From Candidatus Daviesbacteria bacterium (GTDB lineage Bacteria; Patescibacteriota; Microgenomatia; Daviesbacterales; UBA10151), in contig JACPKP010000003.1 of assembly GCA_016186955.1 (NCBI GenBank), positions 130,290 to 194,289 on the forward strand: 64,000 bases of DNA, read 5' to 3'. A program made the position numbers and the translations under genes. The first letter of the stretch is position 1. Each line of letters starts with the position of its first letter. The notes beneath the pieces were generated by a model. It saw nothing but the letters and a program-made list of their open reading frames with translations. It ran no database searches and was not told the origin of the DNA. Below, piece by piece: positions 56,785 to 64,000 of the stretch.

Positions 56785-57408
56785 TTAGCTTTCCGGTCCC
56801 GTAGAAGAAGTTATTAGGTATTTTGCCCGTTCTTTGAAAAATGGCATAATTGTTTTTCCTATGTAAGGTAATGCCCCGGAAGATTCAAGCAGGCTAGTCA
56901 TCATTTCAGGCATACGGGTTGTATATCTTTCAAAAAACATACCAAAAGTTTTATCGGAACTGATACAATCATACATCAGTTTTAACTGTTCACCGGGAAT
57001 TTCTTCAAATTCCTTAGCCACCTTTGCCGGGGAAAGCGATGTTCCGCTGATTGCCAAATTGTAGCGGCCGCACCAATCCTGTATATCAAACCCTCTGTTT
57101 ACCAGCATATCTTCCAGCGAGTTTATAGTAACCCCGGTAACTATTGCTGCATGGTGGGCCCGGATTGATTGTTTAGTTTCCTCAGGCAAAGCAAGATAGG
57201 ATTGTTCACAAAGCGGTTGTTTTATTCCTGAGTGTTCCAGACTGGTTATTAGTTCCCTTAAACCTTCGCTTCCTGCCTGGGTAAGTTTGTCTGCTAAAAA
57301 TACCACCAGTGACGCTCCCTTTTTGAGCTCCTTTTCCTGCTTGGCTGCCACTATTTTACGCAAATTTGGATCAGCTGAATAATTTTCCTTAAACTCTTGG
57401 ATATTCAT
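56785..57408 (-). CDS. Hypothetical protein
   Basis: 207-aa ORF. No family recognised. Confidence 0.3.
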   Translation of the reverse strand: MNIQEFKENYSADPNLRKIVAAKQEKELKKGASLVVFLADKLTQAGSEGLRELITSLEHSGIKQPLCEQSYLALPEETKQSIRAHHAAIVTGVTINSLEDMLVNRGFDIQDWCGRYNLAISGTSLSPAKVAKEFEEIPGEQLKLMYDCISSDKTFGMFFERYTTRMPEMMTSLLESSGALPYIGKTIMPFFKERAKYLITSSTGPES

Positions 57409-57413
57409 AAAGG

Positions 57414-57587
57414 TTATTTAAGTTTTGTAAACTCGTTGTGGATCTGGACTTTTCGGCATTTGCGGCAGAATTTTTTTAAACTTAATTTTTCTTTGGTGTT
57501 GACGGTATTTTTGGATGTGACATAATTTCTGCTTTTGCAGACAGAACACTCCAACCCTAAATCGATGCGGTTTGCTTTTTTAGCCAT
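57414..57587 (-). CDS. rpmG: Ribosomal protein L33 (zinc-ribbon form)
   Basis: MAKKANRIDLGLECSVCKSRNYVTSKNTVNTKEKLSLKKFCRKCRKVQIHNEFTKLK, with CxxC…CxxC. ATG at 57585-57587. Confidence 0.75.
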   Translation of the reverse strand: MAKKANRIDLGLECSVCKSRNYVTSKNTVNTKEKLSLKKFCRKCRKVQIHNEFTKLK

Positions 57588-58472
57588 AGTTTGCAAATTA
57601 TACACGAAGGAGAGCCTCTTTTGCAACTGCCAGTTGTGAAGATTAGCGCTTACAAAATAAAAAACAGCTGCATAAAATGCCCCAACTACCACATCTATAG
57701 CGTAATGTTCCCCCAAATAAATTATGGAAATCCAAACAGCCAGAACATAAGGGGAAAAAAGTAAAGCCTTCAATTTAAAGAATTTTAGGGCAAACAGGAA
57801 AACAAGAAAGGGATATGCTGCATGCATTGAAGGCATTGCCGCAACAGGGTTTGGGTTGAAATTATGATAAATGGTTGGCAGGTTAAGTCTTTCAGGAAAG
57901 TTTTTGAGTGTTAGGTCCATGATTTTGGTTACTCCCTGCAGAAACCCGCGTTCGCCGGCAAGCCAGGGTGGAGCTGCAGGAAATGCAAGATAAGTCAGCC
58001 AGCCTGCATACGAAAGAAGCAAAATACCTGTGGTAAACTCTTTAAACTGATTTTTATTTTTTAGCCAGAGTATAAAACCAAAACTTAAAGGAAGCGCAAA
58101 ATGCAGAAAGTAGAGTATTGTTGCAAGAAAATCATACCAGGACAGGAAACCCGGATGGAAAAAGATTTTCTGCAACTCTATCGTCGGTATAAAACCAAAG
58201 ATTGTTTTATCAGCTCCGATAAGTTCAACATAATGCACTTGGGTATTAAGTTTATCGGCAAAACTCCGCAGGAAATCATATGAGATAAGGATAAATAAAA
58301 AGGGCAGCCAGTCAAGGATAAAACTTCTGGTTTTTTTAACAAGCAGGCTGCCCAAAAGCAGTACAAAAGCATATCTGTCCGGTGAAATTCCGATGCCTTG
58401 CCAGATCATCAATGCAGTAGAAATTGTGATATAAAGGGTAAAAAGTGAAATGTTAAAGATGCGGTGCTTCAT
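57414..58472 (-). CDS. PAP2-superfamily membrane phosphatase-like ORF that runs in-frame into rpmG with no intervening stop
   Basis: PSMHAAY (PSGH-like) and LGEHYAIDVVVG (HxxxD) are PAP2 motifs. About eight TM helices. The ORF track shows one 352-aa ORF ending with the L33 sequence. Confidence 0.45.
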   Translation of the reverse strand: MKHRIFNISLFTLYITISTALMIWQGIGISPDRYAFVLLLGSLLVKKTRSFILDWLPFLFILISYDFLRSFADKLNTQVHYVELIGADKTIFGFIPTIELQKIFFHPGFLSWYDFLATILYFLHFALPLSFGFILWLKNKNQFKEFTTGILLLSYAGWLTYLAFPAAPPWLAGERGFLQGVTKIMDLTLKNFPERLNLPTIYHNFNPNPVAAMPSMHAAYPFLVFLFALKFFKLKALLFSPYVLAVWISIIYLGEHYAIDVVVGAFYAAVFYFVSANLHNWQLQKRLSFVYNLQTMAKKANRIDLGLECSVCKSRNYVTSKNTVNTKEKLSLKKFCRKCRKVQIHNEFTKLK

Positions 58473-58509
58473 AAAAAAATAATTATATCATTTAATCAAA
58501 CTCAAATGA

Positions 58510-59280
58510 GTGAAAAGTGATATATTTAAAAATATGTCTGACTTATTACCTGAATTAAGGAATGAAATAAAAATTAACCACAAAGCGAAAACAGCAGCTA
58601 TAAATGAAGCAAAAAGTTTCCATCAAGAAAGATTACTAAGAATTGTCAATACCCCTCTTACTGAGTATAATTTTTCTCCCGGAGAAGCAGCCTTACAGAG
58701 ACGGATAGAAAAAAGGTTTCAAACCCTAGCTTCGCAAAGTAAATCAGATAGCGGCATTTTCTTGAGAGAATTAGAAAATACTGGAGTTGTCATAATAAAT
58801 ACATCTCAATATTTGGAATATCTTCGACGTCTTAGAGTTGAACGTGGACGTTTTGACCCTGATCGACAGGAAACTCAAGCGGTTTATGTGACAAATGAGG
58901 ATATTCTTAGTTTTTTTGAAAGATTCAAAACAAAACTGCCCGAAGATGTTCAGCAGGAACTTGAACAAGTAACACAGGGAAAAAATGGAGTTATATTTTT
59001 AGGAAATAATCCACCCGCCTTAGTTCAATGGCATGAAGGAACCCATGCAATCCAACATTTAGAAGGGTGGAATTTTCGAAACAGCGGAAAGTATAAAACT
59101 GAAATGGGAGTAAACATCATTGTATTAAAAGCCCATGAGGATAAAATTTTAGGCGGTGTTTCGAGTGGAGATTATTACGTCCACCAAGACGGATTTAGTA
59201 AACCAATAGTGGTGCCAAAAACAAATGATATATATAAAGAACTTGAGGATTTTGAAAGAAATGCTGCCTCTCGCGGCTAA
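58510..59280 (+). CDS. Hypothetical protein
   Basis: 256-aa ORF. Confidence 0.3.
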   Translation: MKSDIFKNMSDLLPELRNEIKINHKAKTAAINEAKSFHQERLLRIVNTPLTEYNFSPGEAALQRRIEKRFQTLASQSKSDSGIFLRELENTGVVIINTSQYLEYLRRLRVERGRFDPDRQETQAVYVTNEDILSFFERFKTKLPEDVQQELEQVTQGKNGVIFLGNNPPALVQWHEGTHAIQHLEGWNFRNSGKYKTEMGVNIIVLKAHEDKILGGVSSGDYYVHQDGFSKPIVVPKTNDIYKELEDFERNAASRG

Positions 59281-59422
59281 AATCCACGAGTTCGATTAAA
59301 TTTGTATGGAGCGGGTAACCGTACTTCGCTCGAACCTGTTGGATTATATCACTTCTAAATTAGGACTAGAGTTAGAATTTCTCAAGAATCACTTAGGAAT
59401 TAAAAGTTTCAAAAAATAGTAG

Positions 59423-59815
59423 CTACTTTTTATAACCTAGCTTATAGATAGCATACAAAGCTGGTAATCCGAGGATGATAGAAGCTAATACCCCAAAATC
59501 TCCACTTGTGGAATTGGATACCTCTGAACTATTTTTGAAAAGAACTTGTAGGAAATCGAGTGATTGCCCCAAAAATAGATGATATAAAAGATCGAGAGAC
59601 CAAAAAATAGTCAAATACCAAAATAATATTTTCCAAATTTGACTTCGGAAAACTTCTTTTTTGATAACATATGCATAAGCCCCGATAACAATAAGTATAG
59701 ATTCTGCTACTCCTCTCCAATCAGCAAATGTTAATGAAGTTAAAGGGGGAACACTACCTATAAAAGCAACCATTGTTAGTATAAGTAATGCCCAAAAATA
59801 TATTTTCCACCACAT
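59423..59815 (-). CDS. Hypothetical small membrane protein
   Basis: Four hydrophobic helices. Confidence 0.3.
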   Translation of the reverse strand: MWWKIYFWALLILTMVAFIGSVPPLTSLTFADWRGVAESILIVIGAYAYVIKKEVFRSQIWKILFWYLTIFWSLDLLYHLFLGQSLDFLQVLFKNSSEVSNSTSGDFGVLASIILGLPALYAIYKLGYKK

Positions 59816-60069
59816 ATTGATTTTATTATTTCCCTATTTAAATACAAAGTCAAGGAGTGGTTAATAAGCAAGTGGATGTTTGTAGATTATTATACCTTCT
59901 GTACATTTCTGTAAATAACTGTCAATTGGAGCTCCTGACGTGGTCTTAGCTAGACTGCCAGGATTCATCAGATTGTTCCTGTCTGACGGTCTATTACCGG
60001 ATTTAGTTTATGCTTTAGGTCTAAAAAATGCATAAGTATGCATATTAGAAATAAATACTACAATTTTAA

Positions 60070-60366
60070 TTATCTAAACCTAATCTCTAGATGAGAATTT
60101 AAAGCTTGAGCTAATTTTTTTAAGAAGGCAACAGATGGATTAGCACGGCCTGATTCAAGCCTGGAAATAACTGATTGTTTAGTACCAATCTTTTGAGCCA
60201 ACTCTTTTTGAGTTACTCCTTCTTTAACCCTCGCATCTATAACTGCTTGAATCATAGCAAATTCAGGCTGAAGTTTATCATATTCAGCCTTTATTTTGGG
60301 GTTTTTGAGAGATTCTTTTTCCCAAACTTCAAAATCTAGATGTTTTCTATCATTGGGCTTGATCAT
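60070..60366 (-). CDS. higA: XRE-family HTH antitoxin (HigA-like)
   Basis: VTQKELAQKIGTKQSVISRLESGRANPSVAFLKKLAQAL. Lies downstream of the toxin gene. Confidence 0.6.
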   Translation of the reverse strand: MIKPNDRKHLDFEVWEKESLKNPKIKAEYDKLQPEFAMIQAVIDARVKEGVTQKELAQKIGTKQSVISRLESGRANPSVAFLKKLAQALNSHLEIRFR

Positions 60367-60378
60367 ATAGCATATATG

Positions 60379-60594
60379 CTATACTAATTCTCCTATTCTG
60401 TCAAGGGCTGTTTTTATTTCCTGATTGTCTTGAATTTTTTTAATGTAGGGTGGTTTTAAAAATGGTCCATTGTTAGCAAGAAGTCTGATAGCATGCAAAG
60501 CTTTTGCGTAAGTAGCTTCATCTTGTTTCTCTATAAAGTCTTTGGTTGGAGAATCACCTCTTGAAGTTTGAAAGAATTTTACTTTCCAAGCCAT
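60379..60594 (-). CDS. higB: RelE/ParE-superfamily toxin (HigB/Gp49-like)
   Basis: MAWKVKFFQTSRGDSPTKDFIEKQDEATYAKALHAIRLLANNGPFLKPPYIKKI matches HigB (MkWeikffdea..). Toxin-first order is typical of HigBA. Confidence 0.55.
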   Translation of the reverse strand: MAWKVKFFQTSRGDSPTKDFIEKQDEATYAKALHAIRLLANNGPFLKPPYIKKIQDNQEIKTALDRIGELV

Positions 60595-60925
60595 ATATCA
60601 AATAATAACATAAAAACTTAGGGGTAAAATTGCGATCCTCATGGCTAAGATGAATCATCACAATCGTTTACCCTGAGCGAAGTCGAAGGGCTCACTAACA
60701 ATAAGGCTTGTCCCGCCGAAGTTTTTAAACGAAGGAGGATACTTTCACCACAAGGATCATTCGGTATTTGGATTTTACAATAATTTTAGGATACATTACA
60801 ATAGGATTGTGAGTGAAACTACTGTTGCGAATATCGAAACTCCGGTAACTCCCGATGTAAGCTGGATCAAAGGAGCAAATCCATTTCTATCAGCTGTTAT
60901 GAGAAAACACTTGGAGCCGATGACG

Positions 60926-60945
60926 GGAATGAGCCTTCGAAAACT
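60926..60945. repeat. Direct duplicate of the tRNA-Thr 3' end (GAGCCGATGACGGGAAT), possible att scar
   Basis: A 17-nt exact repeat of 60982-60998, located 38 nt downstream of the tRNA 3' end. Confidence 0.4.
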
Positions 60946-60982
60946 CGTCTCTTCCCGCCTTGTCTCACTCACTTTGTTCTTG

Positions 60983-61054
60983 AGCCGATGACGGGAATCG
61001 AACCCGTGGCCCCGTTCTTACCAAGAACGTGCTCTGCCACTGAGCCACACCGGC
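60983..61054 (-). tRNA. tRNA-Thr (anticodon GGU)
   Basis: GCCGGTGTGGCTCAGTGGCAGAGCACGTTCTTGGTAAGAACGGGGCCACGGGTTCGATTCCCGTCATCGGCT. Anticodon loop TTGGTAA. Confidence 0.8.
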
Positions 61055-61110
61055 ACAAACTTAAGTTATTTTAACAGAGCTTGGGATTATTTTAAATCTT
61101 TTGAAAAAAG

Positions 61111-62385
61111 TTAAGAAGTAATTTTCCAGCGTTCTACTTTTACTTTAACCTTTTCCAGAGGAGGAAGTTGTTCAAGTTTTAAATCCAGCATATTGGCGGG
61201 CGGATAAAGCGGGGCGCGCTTTTTTTGGTCAATGCCAAATTTATCCAGGATTTTAAGCTGGATATGGGCTGTTCCTTCGTAGATCCTACCCACCAGTGCA
61301 TCCTGGACAATTTGCCCGATCCTCATATCCTTTATATAACCGATCCCCCCATGTAAAAGCATTGCATCTTCCGCCACCCGGACTGATGTTTCACAGGCAA
61401 TTAGTTTTGCCAGCGATGCCCAGACAAAAAAATTTGGGTCTTTTGCATCTTCGTGCCGCGCAGCCTTCCCGGTTAAAAACCTGGATAGTTCAACCTGCCT
61501 TGTTAAAACTGCAAGATGGTTTGACCAGCCCTCAATGTCTTTCAGGTACTTGCCAGACTGCTGCCTTTTTTCCCCGTAAATTTGGGCCTCATCTATGGCG
61601 CTTTGGGCTATACCGACATTTTGTGCGGCAATTTGAACCCTGGAGTGGGCTAGGGTTCCTGCAATGACTGTATCAAAACCCTTGTTTTCCTCATTCATCA
61701 AACCGGAAACAGGCACAAAAAGATCATCAAACACGACTTCACAAAGCACTGATCCTGGTTGGCCCACTTTATCGTAGATTATAGGAACACTGACTCCGGG
61801 TCTGTTTTTAATCTCAGCCACAAAGGCTGAAATTGAATTTCCCCGCAGCTGTGCAGGCCCGGTTCTGGCATCAAATACGCAGATGTCCGCTCCCGAGGCG
61901 CTGGTGATAAACCTTTTGCTGCCCCTGATCAGAAAATCCTCACCATCCCTGACAGCCTTCATCTCAATGGCTTTGGCATCTGAGCCGACGTTAGGTTCAG
62001 TGATGGCAAAACAGCCGAAGATTTCGCCTGCAGCCATTCTTGGCAGGTATTTTTGCTTTTGCTCCTCAGTGCCAAACCTTGCGATCGGAAATGCTGCCAG
62101 TGAATTTGCCACTAATACTGAAAGCCCCAGTCCCGCATGGGCCCTGGAAAACCCCTCAGTGATAGCAGCCTGCATTTGAGCTGACATCCCGCTGCCCCCG
62201 TAAACTTCTGGAATATCCATGCCTAAATATCCTAAAGGAGCTATATATTGTAAAAAATCTTTGGGGAATTCCTTGGGATTTTGGTTAGCATGAGTAGCAA
62301 ATCCATTAAATTTTTCACCCCGGGTCAGGTCCCTGGTGTATCTGGCAAATTCTTCAATCTCCCCTTGAGTTATTGTTTCAGGCAC
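61111..62385 (-). CDS. Acyl-CoA dehydrogenase family protein
   Basis: GCFAITEPNVGSDAKAIEMKAVRDGEDFLIRGSKRFITSA and the C-terminal LHGGIGYIKDMRIGQIVQDA are ACAD blocks. Confidence 0.8.
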   Translation of the reverse strand: MPETITQGEIEEFARYTRDLTRGEKFNGFATHANQNPKEFPKDFLQYIAPLGYLGMDIPEVYGGSGMSAQMQAAITEGFSRAHAGLGLSVLVANSLAAFPIARFGTEEQKQKYLPRMAAGEIFGCFAITEPNVGSDAKAIEMKAVRDGEDFLIRGSKRFITSASGADICVFDARTGPAQLRGNSISAFVAEIKNRPGVSVPIIYDKVGQPGSVLCEVVFDDLFVPVSGLMNEENKGFDTVIAGTLAHSRVQIAAQNVGIAQSAIDEAQIYGEKRQQSGKYLKDIEGWSNHLAVLTRQVELSRFLTGKAARHEDAKDPNFFVWASLAKLIACETSVRVAEDAMLLHGGIGYIKDMRIGQIVQDALVGRIYEGTAHIQLKILDKFGIDQKKRAPLYPPANMLDLKLEQLPPLEKVKVKVERWKITS

Positions 62386-62439
62386 TAAAGGGAGTATATA
62401 GCTCCAGTTTTTAAAAAGTCAATGGAGTGTTGTGTAGTT

Positions 62440-62595
62440 GTTCAGGAGTTGTCAAAACTTTGTCATCCTGAGCGTAGCGAAGGATCTCTCGCGAATGCGA
62501 GTATTTCTGAAACAAGTTCAGAGATTCCTCGTTACACTCGGAATGACAGTTTCTTTGTTAAATCCTGAACGGTTACAGTGTTGTAGGTGAGCCGA
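62440..62595. repeat. Family-4 MITE-like GC-rich palindromic element
   Basis: TTGTCATCCTGAGCGTAGCGAAGGATCTCTCGCGAATGCGAG ... GAGATTCCTCGTTACACTCGGAATGACAG ... TTAAATCCTGAACGGTTAC. Relatives at 38935-39060, 34480-34545 and 12040-12130. Confidence 0.5.
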
Positions 62596-62613
62596 ACCCG
62601 TCAAGTCGGGATT

Positions 62614-62688
62614 GGGAGCCCCCTAACAGAATCGAACTGTTGTCGACGGTTTACAAAACCGCTGCTTTGCCACTAAGCTAAGGAGGCG
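62614..62688 (-). tRNA. tRNA-Thr (anticodon UGU; encoded CCA). Less likely tRNA-Tyr under an alternative anticodon-stem register.
   Basis: GCCTCCTTAGCTTAGTGGCAAAGCAGCGGTTTTGTAAACCGTCGACAACAGTTCGATTCTGTTAGGGGGCTCCA. Short variable loop (not a class II tRNA). Confidence 0.6.
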
Positions 62689-62754
62689 CGTGCTGGGCTA
62701 TCTCGGCGCTCACACTAAATTTTACGAAAATTTAAGTGAAAAATCCAGGATTGG

Positions 62755-63921
62755 TTAAAACGAACGCAGTGTTTCAAGAATATTATCAAATGTTTCAAAT
62801 CCGGCGTCCTGCATACATTCGGTATAGCTGATTGCATCCTGGATTTCTTCTGAAGCGTCTCTACCGGCTAGGTGATAAATTCTTGCTTGTGCCAAAATTA
62901 AGCCTATCTGTGCTTTTCCAGAGTCTTCGTCCTGTTTTTGGTTGATTAATGCCTCAGCAGCATCCCTATATTCAGCAGCGTCTTCGGAATAATCTTTTTT
63001 CGAGAGCATATCTAAAACCAACCGGTTTCTTAATTTTGCCAGCTCACCTGTTTCATTAAACCCCAAAACTTTTGCCATATCATCTAGTTTTTTCTCTTTG
63101 AAACTCCAGCGGGTAATAGTTTCCCGTTTTTGGTTAAGATATGCCAGGGTTAAGACGGTGGCATCTTCAGCAGCTTGTCCGCCCTCTTCTGAATCTCCTA
63201 TCTCAAACCGCCACTCGCCAACCCTAGAGCTTTCCCTAAGGTTGACCGGTTTCTTAAAAGGTTCATTCAGCCTAATTTTACCAATATTTATTGCGAAAAG
63301 AGATTGGTATGTTTTTAAGTTGATAACCCGGGCTGTTTTGCCATTTTTGGCAGGAGGCCCAATAAGCTGTATTAAGTGTTCTATATCTAATAAATTATGC
63401 AATACTTTAAATTCAGGAAAGGCCTCGTTAAATTTTGCAAGCAACAATTCAGCTACTCTTTGTGTATTCTCCCTTCCTTCGAGCAGTTTTGTTAAAAGTT
63501 CCGCGAAATAACCCTCTTCTTCCAGTTGGAGCAAAATTTGAGCAACTTTATTGTAACCGCCTAATCGCAGTGCGGATTTATCAAATTTACTGCCGTGACG
63601 GATTTCATCTTTAAGTTCTCCTTTAACCCCCGGACTTTTTTGTAACAGGTCAATTGCAGTTGCCCATGCGGTTGGTTCTTGACTCAAAGTAACCCCAATA
63701 TACATTCTTTCTGAAGGTTCATAAGTTAAGTCCTGGATTGCAAAAGTTGCGAAACCCCGGCCCAGGGGTGTATCAACAGGTTTTTCATAGGTTCTATACC
63801 AGGTGGTAGGTTTTTCAAAAGGGTTGCGGGTATAGCCCAAAGTTTTTGCCAATTCACCCGATGATTTAATAATTTTCCGGGGTTTTTCTGCCGGACTTTG
63901 ATTTTCCTGTTCTGTAGGCAT
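62755..63921 (-). CDS. Hypothetical protein
   Basis: 388-aa ORF. No family recognised. Confidence 0.35.
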   Translation of the reverse strand: MPTEQENQSPAEKPRKIIKSSGELAKTLGYTRNPFEKPTTWYRTYEKPVDTPLGRGFATFAIQDLTYEPSERMYIGVTLSQEPTAWATAIDLLQKSPGVKGELKDEIRHGSKFDKSALRLGGYNKVAQILLQLEEEGYFAELLTKLLEGRENTQRVAELLLAKFNEAFPEFKVLHNLLDIEHLIQLIGPPAKNGKTARVINLKTYQSLFAINIGKIRLNEPFKKPVNLRESSRVGEWRFEIGDSEEGGQAAEDATVLTLAYLNQKRETITRWSFKEKKLDDMAKVLGFNETGELAKLRNRLVLDMLSKKDYSEDAAEYRDAAEALINQKQDEDSGKAQIGLILAQARIYHLAGRDASEEIQDAISYTECMQDAGFETFDNILETLRSF

Positions 63922-64000
63922 ATTTTAATTATACCACAAAATGAAGTTATAGGATGAGCATGTTGTTGACAGAGGGAAAAATATGGTGTAAGCTCGCGGC

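Noticed and set aside
57588-57600. Annotating the PAP2-like gene as ending just upstream of rpmG
   Set aside because: No in-frame stop codon exists before the L33 ATG, so a separate end coordinate cannot be justified from the sequence.
60809-60991. 60-aa plus-strand ORF
   Set aside because: It overlaps tRNA-Thr and the tRNA 3'-end duplicate and has no SD, so it is an artefact.
62614-62688. Calling this tRNA as tRNA-Tyr (GUA)
   Set aside because: The Tyr reading requires an irregular D-stem/position-26 spacing. The tRNA has a short variable loop, whereas bacterial tRNA-Tyr is class II with a long extra arm. Thr (UGU) fits a regular cloverleaf. It is kept as an alternative in the feature note.

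Overview
This 64 kb window looks like a low-GC (about 38%), gene-dense contig from a Candidate Phyla Radiation / Patescibacteria-like bacterium with the standard genetic code. Long ORFs are intact, so there is no UGA recoding. The content is as follows.

- **Giant surface proteins.** Two adjacent giant surface-protein genes lie on the minus strand. One is a LamG/ConA-like repeat protein that runs off the window start. The other is a 2667-aa protein with two cytoplasmic HTH_17 (MerR/excisionase-type) DNA-binding domains, one TM helix and about 2450 aa of Thr/Ser/Gly-rich repetitive ectodomain.
- **Housekeeping genes.** leuS, argS, mreB and an F-type ATPase operon (b, delta, alpha, gamma, beta, epsilon) with unusual features. 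The classical secE-nusG-rplK-rplA-rplJ-rplL cluster carries CPR-style N-terminal extensions. rpmG (L33) is present.
- **DNA-uptake genes.** comEA, comEC and a type IV pilin.
- **Cell-envelope glycosylation genes.** An NAD-dependent epimerase/dehydratase, a GT4 and a GT26 glycosyltransferase.
- **Other metabolic and transport genes.** A GH1 beta-glucosidase, a duplicated ABC-2 exporter operon, an MFS transporter and an acyl-CoA dehydrogenase.
- **Toxin-antitoxin pairs.** VapBC and HigBA.
- **Mobile and acquired elements.** An IS200/RAYT-like HUH transposase flanked by hairpin repeats, an Erm-family 23S rRNA methyltransferase next to tRNA-Trp, and two further tRNA genes (tRNA-Thr GGU and a probable tRNA-Thr UGU).
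- **Compositional outliers.** Two short GC-rich islands (about 58% GC) with their own AAGGAG ribosome-binding sites.
- **Interspersed repeats.** Several families of GC-rich palindromic MITE/REP-like repeats are scattered through intergenic DNA. Two copies appear to be inserted in-frame inside essential genes (rplA and argS).

No rRNA genes, CRISPR arrays or cas genes were seen.
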